IMG/VR virus record: IMGVR_UViG_3300050821_003950
Location: 31,608 to 95,607 of that record
Direction: 5' to 3' (one strand)
DNA from: a virus
Length of the DNA stretch: 64,000 nucleotides
Shown: positions 56,944 through 64,000 of the stretch, piece after piece
Layout of the letters: each line of letters begins with the position of its first letter
How positions within the stretch are numbered: position 1 is the stretch's first letter
The notes under the pieces: model-generated
The model's database searches: none
What the model was told of the DNA's origin: nothing
What the model saw: only the letters and a program-made list of their open reading frames with translations
Program-made: the position numbers and the translations under genes

Positions 56944-57900
56944 ATGAGCTACACGTTCCTCGTCAATCAGCGGCCGTCGACGGGCGGCGTTGCGATGTAT
57001 CTAATCCTCTCGAACTTCATCGCCGCGGCGTGGGTCGTCGAGTCGTCGAGCGACGGGACGACCTACAACTCGTCGGGCAATCAGATCACGGGCGGCGGCA
57101 CGGGCGCGCACGGCTTGGCGAATAACATGGCTTGGTTTCGCATTCGCGATCCGGGTGGCGTGCGCGAGTTCATCGTGCAGCGCGGGACGACGAACTTGCA
57201 GTGGGCGATCAAGTACAGCCCAGCCGCGCGCTTCACGGGTGGAGCGCCGACTGCAACCCAAGTTCCCACGGCGACCGACGAGGTCGCGATTTGGGGAAAC
57301 ATCACGGGCGCGACCCAAACCTACGCGGGTCTCTTCACGTCGGACGGAACGTACAACCTGCACATGGGGATGGGCGACGCGTCGGTTCATTACGCTTTCT
57401 GGGCGCAAGCGTTGATCCTCGGGACGACGTCGGGATCGGCGTTCGGTTCGTGGTGCATGGACTACGTGCTCAATTCCGACGTGGGCGATCTCGATCCGAC
57501 CGTCCACTTCGCGGGAGCGAACGCGCACGACTTTCAAACCGTCGGGCTCGGACTGAACGCGAACTGTTTCTTCACGTCGATCGTGTCGGCGAATTTTCTT
57601 CCGGTTCAGCTCGGCCCTTACAAGCCGAGCTACTTCGGGACGACGGCCGGTCAGATCATGGCGAACAACGAGTGGAACGGCTACTTCGACGTCCTCCCCG
57701 GAATGTGGTGGAGCCCGACCTACGGGTACAAGGGTTACAGTACACTCTTCACTCCGACGTCGAACACGCTCATGTATACGGGCGACACTGCGAGCGTAGG
57801 CAATCCTCCCGTGGCCGGAACCAAGGATCACATGGCGCAAGGTGAATGGAACAACTGTCTGCTCGTGCCCTGGCCCGCGGGCGTGGACGCGGCGAACTGA
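56944..57900 (+). CDS. putative receptor-binding protein, paralogue 2
   Basis: WFRIRDP..RE, IKYS, ATQVP.ATDEV, D.DP, KGYS.LF, VPWP. Confidence 0.65.
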   Translation: MSYTFLVNQRPSTGGVAMYLILSNFIAAAWVVESSSDGTTYNSSGNQITGGGTGAHGLANNMAWFRIRDPGGVREFIVQRGTTNLQWAIKYSPAARFTGGAPTATQVPTATDEVAIWGNITGATQTYAGLFTSDGTYNLHMGMGDASVHYAFWAQALILGTTSGSAFGSWCMDYVLNSDVGDLDPTVHFAGANAHDFQTVGLGLNANCFFTSIVSANFLPVQLGPYKPSYFGTTAGQIMANNEWNGYFDVLPGMWWSPTYGYKGYSTLFTPTSNTLMYTGDTASVGNPPVAGTKDHMAQGEWNNCLLVPWPAGVDAAN

Positions 57901-57909
57901 GGTGCGACC

Positions 57910-58926
57910 ATGAGCTTCTACGCTGCCGTCAATCAAAGAAGGATGACGAACGGTCAGGCGATCTTCGCTATTTTCCAAGCGTTCGCCGCGGCGGGATGGT
58001 TGATCCTCGGCTCGGGCGATGGGCTGCTCGGCTACAGCGGCACGGATGGATCGGCGCTCACGTGCGCTTTTCCTTTCGCGGTCGCGGGAAACATTTGGAA
58101 CACGGACGCGTGGTTTCGAGTCCAGTCTCCTCCCGTCAACGGGCAGCGGCGCGAGTTCGTTCTTCAGATCAGTAGCAGCTACTCGTCGATCCAAATGCGA
58201 ATGAAGTATTCGCCGAACCCGACGGGGGCGACGGGCTTCGTTGGCGGGAGCCCGAGCGCAACGCAAGTGCCGAGCGCGACCGATGAAGTGATCGTGTACG
58301 GCGGCGGGACGGACGCGGCGCCGACATTCAACACATGGGCGCAGTGGACAGACTACCAATTCCAGCAACACATTCTGTTCGATCAGGGTCCGCTCGGCTA
58401 CTCGTTCATCATCTATCAAGTGACCGTCTTCGGTCAGAACATGAGCAACAGTCTCGTGTGGGTCCTCGACGTCTTGCAGCAAGGGACGACGCAAGCGGGC
58501 GATCCTGATCCGTGTGTCATCTTCGTCCAGCCGGGGAACTTCGGCTCAAACCTGATGACGTCGAACTCCTACCCGAAAGGGTTCGTGGGCGGGCTCGCGC
58601 CGAGCAACTTCGTGAGCATGGATCTGACGGGGATGAATTTCAGTTCCGGCTATCCCCCTTTCAGCATCGCGGGCAGCGACGGCAACTCGAACAAGATGGC
58701 GGTCGTGACTCCGTTCTACGCTCTGCAACCTAGCTCGGCAGCGCAGCCCGGACCGTCGACGAAGGGTTACTCGTCTCTCTTCATGCTGATGCAAGGCAAC
58801 ACCGGGGGCGGCGTCGTCGTGCAGATCGATCCGAACGCCAAAGGAGACCATCTCAACATTTTGACGAACGACGATTTTCGGATCCTGGTCCCGTGGCCGT
58901 CGAACACGCCGTACCAGTGCGGGTAG
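57910..58926 (+). CDS. putative receptor-binding protein, paralogue 3
   Basis: WFRVQSP..RE, MKYS, ATQVP.ATDEV, DPDP, KGYS.LF, VPWP. Confidence 0.65.
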   Translation: MSFYAAVNQRRMTNGQAIFAIFQAFAAAGWLILGSGDGLLGYSGTDGSALTCAFPFAVAGNIWNTDAWFRVQSPPVNGQRREFVLQISSSYSSIQMRMKYSPNPTGATGFVGGSPSATQVPSATDEVIVYGGGTDAAPTFNTWAQWTDYQFQQHILFDQGPLGYSFIIYQVTVFGQNMSNSLVWVLDVLQQGTTQAGDPDPCVIFVQPGNFGSNLMTSNSYPKGFVGGLAPSNFVSMDLTGMNFSSGYPPFSIAGSDGNSNKMAVVTPFYALQPSSAAQPGPSTKGYSSLFMLMQGNTGGGVVVQIDPNAKGDHLNILTNDDFRILVPWPSNTPYQCG

Positions 58927-58938
58927 GAGAGAGAAGCT

Positions 58939-59172
58939 ATGGCGAGCTGGATCGGAGTGCTTTACGACCCGCCCTCGAAGGCGACGACGCAGATGTCCCA
59001 AGGACCGCTGAACGTCGCCCTCGCGACGCCCACGCTCGTCCCGCAGTACAAGATGACCGGCTGGTATCCGACGGGCGCGGTCTACGAGACTTGGACTTCG
59101 TACCGCTACCCGAACACGACACCCCCGAGCGGTCACGCGCTCACCGGCATCTCGTATGTCCAGGTTCAGTAA
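58939..59172 (+). CDS. small hypothetical protein
   Basis: SD AGGAGA; abuts the next gene. Confidence 0.6.
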   Translation: MASWIGVLYDPPSKATTQMSQGPLNVALATPTLVPQYKMTGWYPTGAVYETWTSYRYPNTTPPSGHALTGISYVQVQ

Positions 59173-61422
59173 ATGCCGCGCCCCATCGGCCCCATCGGAT
59201 CGTTCGGCGGTCACCTAGAGCTTCTCGGCAGCGGCCCCGCCCCGCCGACGGGGCTCGACGTGTTCGAGCACGACCCGGGCGTCGATGCGAGTCGGATCAT
59301 TCCGAGGGGCATCGTTCCCGCGGACGGGAGCTACGTCTTTTGCCTCGGGCACGATGAGCCCGGCTACACCGGGTTCGTTCAGCCCGGCGACTTCGTCGAT
59401 ATCGCGCAGACCGGCACCTTCCCCGCGGGCAACGTGTTCACGTTCCAAGCGGTCACGCGCGGCCCCGTCATCCCGCTTCCGCCCGGCTACGCGTGGATCG
59501 CCTCGGTCCTCATGGACGGAACCACGATCGGTTCGCGCACGCTCGCGCCCCTGAAGTTCCCCGACGACGACGCCGACAGCGACGACGTCCTAGAGCCGAC
59601 GTCGTGGGAATGGTACGTCGATCTCACCGGGATCACGGGCTCGCACAAGATTTCGTTCCGACTCACCTTCACGGGTCCGTCGCTGCCGACGCCCCCGCCC
59701 GAGGTGCGGCTTCCCGTTCTCGAAGTCGAGATCCCCGCCTTCTACGTCGACGATCTCGTCTTCTCGACCATCGCAGGATCGGGCGCGCCCTTCATCTCGA
59801 ACGAGGTGCCGACGGCGGGACAGGGCGAGGGCGTCGCCGGTCCCGCTCCGCTCGACACGACCGCGATCGACTTCGATCTCTTCGGGCTCGGCTCGCATAT
59901 CAATCTCGGATCGATCGCCGTCACGATCAACGGCACGCCCGCGATCGTGGGCGGCGCCATTCAATCCGGTTTCCACGGAAGCATCGGCGCGAGCGCCGAG
60001 ATCACGCACGTCACGATCGCGCCGAACATCTCGTTCGCGAGCAACTCGATCGTGACGGTCTCGGTCTCGGCCGCGAACCTCTCGCCGCACACGAACACGC
60101 GCACGTGGACCTTCCAAGTCGCCGACACGACCGCGCCCGTGATGTCGAGCATTCAAGCGCTCGCGACGCGGCAGCTTCGCATTACGTGGAGCAAGGTCGT
60201 CGACGCGGACGATCCGGTCGGCCCCCACGATGCGCTGAACCCGGCGCTCTACTACGTGCAGGCGGTTCAGCCCGAAAACCTGACGCCCGTGGTGACAGGC
60301 GGTCCCGTCGGTCCGCTCATCTACTCGCCCGCGCCCTACATCACCGTCGTCAGCGTCGCGGTCGTCCCGAGCGAGTCGTCGAGCGTCGTCGACATCTTCA
60401 CGAGCGACGAGCTGACTCCGGGGATCACCTATCTCGTCACCGAGGTCGGCGTCGCCGATCTCGCCGGCAACTTCGAGACGAGCGTGACGGCGACGACGTC
60501 GTTCGTTCCGCCCGTCCCCGTCGGCCGCGCGCTGAACCTCTATCGCCTCATGCCGCTCATGAACCGGCAAGAGGACGTGACGCAAGACCTCTTGCGGTTC
60601 CTGAACTGTCTCCAAGAGCCGACGGGGCTCTTGCTGCACGACGTCGACACGTGGACGAACATCTTCAACTTCAACCTCGCGGACGACGCGTTCCTCTCGG
60701 CGATCCTCGCCGACCTCGGCAACCCATTCCCCTTCGTGCTCTCGACCGAGAGCAAGCGGCAGCTCATCGCGATCCTCGTCGCGATCTACAAACAGAAGGG
60801 GACCGCGATCGGCATCATCAATGCGGTCCGCTTCTTCCTCGGGCTCACGATCACGATCGGCACCTACGACAGCTCGGGCGAGTGGATCCTCGGCGAGTCG
60901 ATCCTCGGCGAAGACCCGATCTCGTTCCCCGCGGGGAACAACGCGTCGATCACTCGGATCGGTCTCACGACTCAATACAGCGTGACCGGGCTCACCGGCA
61001 TCGACCCGAGCTTCACGGAGACGACGATCAAGTTCGAGGGCGCCGCGAACCTGAACTTCGACACGACCGTCGCGATCGCGACCGTGACGGGGCCGACCTC
61101 GCTGACCTTCTTCCTCGCGGGCGGCTACGCGAGCGACACGAACAACGGCTTCATCTCGTGGCAGGTCACCGACGACGCGAGCATCTTCACGGGGAGCGCC
61201 GTCCTCGGACCGGGCGGCAGCTATGCGCTCTACGCCTTCACGATCATCAGCTCGATCGCGCTCACCGCGGCGCAAGAGGAGCAGATCGAGTTCATCGCGA
61301 ACTACATGAAGCCCGCGCACACGCACCTCATCGGGATCGTTGTTCCAACGTCCCCGCCCACGTATGATCCCGTCGAGCTTGGCATCTCCGAGCTTGGCGA
61401 GGACTGGATCCTCCACGCCTAA
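59173..61422 (+). CDS. tail protein I-like (P2 gpI) wedge protein with Ig-like extensions
   Basis: DLLRFL, IYKQKGT..GI, YMKPAHTH. Confidence 0.85.
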   Translation: MPRPIGPIGSFGGHLELLGSGPAPPTGLDVFEHDPGVDASRIIPRGIVPADGSYVFCLGHDEPGYTGFVQPGDFVDIAQTGTFPAGNVFTFQAVTRGPVIPLPPGYAWIASVLMDGTTIGSRTLAPLKFPDDDADSDDVLEPTSWEWYVDLTGITGSHKISFRLTFTGPSLPTPPPEVRLPVLEVEIPAFYVDDLVFSTIAGSGAPFISNEVPTAGQGEGVAGPAPLDTTAIDFDLFGLGSHINLGSIAVTINGTPAIVGGAIQSGFHGSIGASAEITHVTIAPNISFASNSIVTVSVSAANLSPHTNTRTWTFQVADTTAPVMSSIQALATRQLRITWSKVVDADDPVGPHDALNPALYYVQAVQPENLTPVVTGGPVGPLIYSPAPYITVVSVAVVPSESSSVVDIFTSDELTPGITYLVTEVGVADLAGNFETSVTATTSFVPPVPVGRALNLYRLMPLMNRQEDVTQDLLRFLNCLQEPTGLLLHDVDTWTNIFNFNLADDAFLSAILADLGNPFPFVLSTESKRQLIAILVAIYKQKGTAIGIINAVRFFLGLTITIGTYDSSGEWILGESILGEDPISFPAGNNASITRIGLTTQYSVTGLTGIDPSFTETTIKFEGAANLNFDTTVAIATVTGPTSLTFFLAGGYASDTNNGFISWQVTDDASIFTGSAVLGPGGSYALYAFTIISSIALTAAQEEQIEFIANYMKPAHTHLIGIVVPTSPPTYDPVELGISELGEDWILHA

Positions 61423-61437
61423 CAGGGAAGCCCCGCC

Positions 61438-62937
61438 ATGCTGATCTACGACTGGTACTTCAAGCAAGCCGTCACCGAGGAGCAGATGAACGACGCCTTC
61501 GGCGCCGTGCAGTCCTCGATGCAGCTTCTCATGAGCGATCAGAATTTGATCGGCATCGCGCAAGGCGGCACCGTCACGCAAGACACCCCGAGCGCCGACC
61601 TCACCGTCGTCGTGGGCGGCCCGCTCTACGCCTACGATCAGCTCGGTCAGCGCATCTTCACGACCGGGACGGGGAACAACCCCGGGCTCGACTGCTCGCA
61701 GGATTCGAGTCACGTCACTACGGCGGTCGCGGGCGCGGGTAACGAGAAGTGGATCTCGATCTTCATCCTCTTCGAGCGCGTCCTGTCCGATCCCGTCATC
61801 GACGGTAACGGCGCGACGGTCTTCTACGTCAACTCTGAATCGTTCGAGTACCAAGTGCTCCAAGGCGCCGAGGCGCCGATCGGGACCGCGGTGCGCGTCG
61901 GGCTGATCAACCCCGGGCTTCTCGTCGCTGACCTTCATCGCGCGTTCGGGCAGACGACGTTTCAAAACTCGGACATCCTTCAGACCGGGACGAAGTTCGG
62001 GCAGACCGGACGCTTCCAGGTCACGTTCGACATCACGGGCTCGCCCTTCTCGCTCAGCGCCGGCACGCTCGGCCAAGCGATCACGGCGATGCTCGCGCAG
62101 TTGAACACGATCTCCGCGGCGACCCTCACGAACGGCGCCTCGCCCGGGACGCGCTTCTCGCTCTCGTCGGGCTCGGTCTCGTCGCAGCTCGACGCCCTGC
62201 AAGGCGGCATCGACACGATCATGACCGTCGGCGCGGACACGGTGAAGACCGTCGTGAACCTGACGGCGCTCCGCGCGATCACCGCCCCGAACCGTCTCGC
62301 GAACTCGGTCGTCAACGTGAACCTCTCGACGCCGAATAATCAACAGTACGCGCTTTATTTCTGGAACTCGGGCGACAACTCGACCGACGACGGGCTTACC
62401 GTGATCCTTCCCGCCGACACTCCCGCGTTCGGACGGTGGAACATCTCGTACCGCGGCGCGCTCGAAATTCCGGGCGGACTGCCGCAGCTCGATTCATTCG
62501 GCAAGGTCAAGCTTCTCGACACGCATTGGGCGATCGTCAGTGCCTTCTACGACCCGACGGCCGGGGGCGGCGCGTGGCAGTTCTCGGGCGTGCCCGGCGA
62601 CACGGCGTTTCACGTCGCCCCGGGCGGACCGATGACGACCATCGCGGGTCTGCTCACGACCGACAAGATCGCCGTCGAGATGATGTTCGACTACGCGTTC
62701 TCGACGGCGGGGACTTTCTTCACGATCAATTTCACGCAAAACGGGAGCCCTGTTGTCCCGCAGTGGACGTCCGACGTGCGTGCGGCACCGCTCGCGCAGA
62801 CGAACGGATACGTCCGTGCGATCTTCAGTGCGGTCGCCGGCTCGAACGCGATCCACTACGGCTACAATGCCGGCAACGCGTCGCAGAACCTCTTGATCAA
62901 CCCGCTCGACGGTCACGTCGTCGTCTACCGTCCCTGA
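61438..62937 (+). CDS. tail fibre (gpH position)
   Basis: YF.Q.VTE, AYDQ.GQRI; follows the gpI-like gene. Confidence 0.75.
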   Translation: MLIYDWYFKQAVTEEQMNDAFGAVQSSMQLLMSDQNLIGIAQGGTVTQDTPSADLTVVVGGPLYAYDQLGQRIFTTGTGNNPGLDCSQDSSHVTTAVAGAGNEKWISIFILFERVLSDPVIDGNGATVFYVNSESFEYQVLQGAEAPIGTAVRVGLINPGLLVADLHRAFGQTTFQNSDILQTGTKFGQTGRFQVTFDITGSPFSLSAGTLGQAITAMLAQLNTISAATLTNGASPGTRFSLSSGSVSSQLDALQGGIDTIMTVGADTVKTVVNLTALRAITAPNRLANSVVNVNLSTPNNQQYALYFWNSGDNSTDDGLTVILPADTPAFGRWNISYRGALEIPGGLPQLDSFGKVKLLDTHWAIVSAFYDPTAGGGAWQFSGVPGDTAFHVAPGGPMTTIAGLLTTDKIAVEMMFDYAFSTAGTFFTINFTQNGSPVVPQWTSDVRAAPLAQTNGYVRAIFSAVAGSNAIHYGYNAGNASQNLLINPLDGHVVVYRP

Positions 62938-63266
62938 TGACTCCGCGCGGCGAACAGGCGCTAGAGCGGCTCGCGCTCGCTCTCGAACGGCAGATCGATC
63001 AGCGGCTCGACGTCGACGTCGACCGGCTCAAGATCGAAGCCGTCCAGCTTCGCGCGGACCTGAACCACGTCGTCGAGGTCGTCGAGCGGCTCGAAGACGC
63101 GACCGAGAACACGAAGGACGTCTACGTCGACGACCTGAAGAAGAAGCTCAAGGAGCGCGACGAGAGCGGCGACAAGTGGGTCCGCTACGTCGTCGCGACC
63201 TTCGTGAGCCTCATCTTCATGAGCGGCTCGGCGTTCCTCGGGTGGCTCCTCGCGCACGCGCATTGA
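62937..63266 (+). CDS. coiled-coil + C-terminal TM protein (lysis accessory)
   Basis: TGATG coupling; heptad region, then hydrophobic helix. Confidence 0.6.
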   Translation: MTPRGEQALERLALALERQIDQRLDVDVDRLKIEAVQLRADLNHVVEVVERLEDATENTKDVYVDDLKKKLKERDESGDKWVRYVVATFVSLIFMSGSAFLGWLLAHAH

Positions 63267-63292
63267 CAGTGGTGTCCAAGCGCGGATAGCCT
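63262..63292 (+). promoter_or_regulatory. sigma70-like promoter overlapped by a box A copy
   Basis: TTGACA-18-TAGCCT; TGACAGTGGTGTC is a 13-bp exact match to box A. Confidence 0.6.
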
Positions 63293-63299
63293 TCCGCCC

Positions 63300-63959
63300 A
63301 TGACACCGACAACCATGATCATCGCGCTTCTGAGCGTGCTCGCCGGCTACATCTCGCAGGCGGTCAATACCGGATCCCTCTTCGGCGTGAAGACGCTCCC
63401 GAAGGCATGGCTCCCCTACCTGACCCTGATCGGCACCTTCCTCGCCGCATTCGTCGCGAGCATCTCGACGGCGTCGACCGTCAACGAAGCCGCATGGTTC
63501 GCCGCGCTCGTCGCCGGGCTGACCTCGCTCACCGGGACCGCCGTGGGCGTGACAGTGCATCAGCACATGAACGCGACCGTCAGTATCGCGATCCTGTTCG
63601 TCGCTTGCGCCGCGGCCCCGAGCGCCGCGTGCACGCCCGCCGAGATCAACACGCTGAACACGATCTTCACCGACGCGCAGACCGCTTGCATGGCGTTCGC
63701 GCTCGCGAGCGCAGCGATCCCGCCCGGGACGCCCGTGGCTCAAGTCGCGAACGACGTCAAAGCCGTGTGCGCTCTCGCCAACGTCGCCGAGAGCGACATC
63801 GAGACCGTGATCTCGGCCTTCATGCAGAACCAAGCGGCGACCGGAACGCAGCCCCCGCCCGGCTCGGTCTACAAGCCCCCGGCGCGCAAGACGTCGATGG
63901 TCGTCGTCCCTTTGTTCCCGCGCTGGGCGCTCCTCCCCCCGAGACGCTTCGCGGCCTGA
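63300..63959 (+). CDS. multi-TM holin-like protein with lipoprotein-like C-terminal half
   Basis: three hydrophobic helices, then ILFVACAAAPSAAC and a helical domain. Confidence 0.55.
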   Translation: MTPTTMIIALLSVLAGYISQAVNTGSLFGVKTLPKAWLPYLTLIGTFLAAFVASISTASTVNEAAWFAALVAGLTSLTGTAVGVTVHQHMNATVSIAILFVACAAAPSAACTPAEINTLNTIFTDAQTACMAFALASAAIPPGTPVAQVANDVKAVCALANVAESDIETVISAFMQNQAATGTQPPPGSVYKPPARKTSMVVVPLFPRWALLPPRRFAA

Positions 63960-64000
63960 CCTCGAACGGTCTCGCGGGCTACTTCGCCCCCTCGCCCCTC

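Noticed and set aside
55479-58926. Diversity-generating retroelement or shufflon acting on the paralogues
   Set aside because: No reverse transcriptase in the window, no adenine-specific TR/VR pair noticed, and all copies are full-length and co-oriented.
59590-62343. Long antisense and alternate-frame ORFs (e.g. 917 aa here, 15132..17111, 11704..13392, 3635..5728)
   Set aside because: Shadow ORFs expected from high GC3; they overlap motif-supported genes and show no motifs.

Overview
The whole window reads as the virion-morphogenesis half of a high-GC, contractile-tailed (myovirus-type) phage or prophage. No host housekeeping genes, rRNA/tRNA or CRISPR array were seen. Order on the + strand: membrane proteins and fibre-like genes (0.5-8.1 kb); a minus-strand tyrosine recombinase and GIY-YIG nuclease (8.4-9.7 kb); terminase, portal, a long MuF protein, a methyltransferase-protease-pyrophosphatase fusion, scaffold, major capsid and neck genes (9.8-30.0 kb); an accessory island (30.0-38.6 kb); tail completion, sheath, tube, tape measure, baseplate, fibres and lysis-type membrane proteins (38.6-64 kb). 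Most notable: (1) the island carries four sigma-54-type (-24/-12) promoters built from conserved, helically phased cassettes with two palindromic boxes. They sit upstream of an amidoligase, a DUF932-like gene and small ORFs; two gamma-glutamylcyclotransferases and a tandem Fis-HTH protein lie further downstream. (2) Head proteins carry enzyme cargo (kinase-like plus ADP-ribosyltransferase on MuF; Dam-like MTase plus PPase-like domain on the prohead protease), and the protease appears split over two genes. (3) The GIY-YIG nuclease ends in a copy of the recombinase's C-terminal peptide. (4) A family of leaderless promoters and apparent avoidance of CTSSAG/GAGCTC. A myxobacterial host is an inference only. 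All domain calls come from motif recognition by eye; no database search was run.
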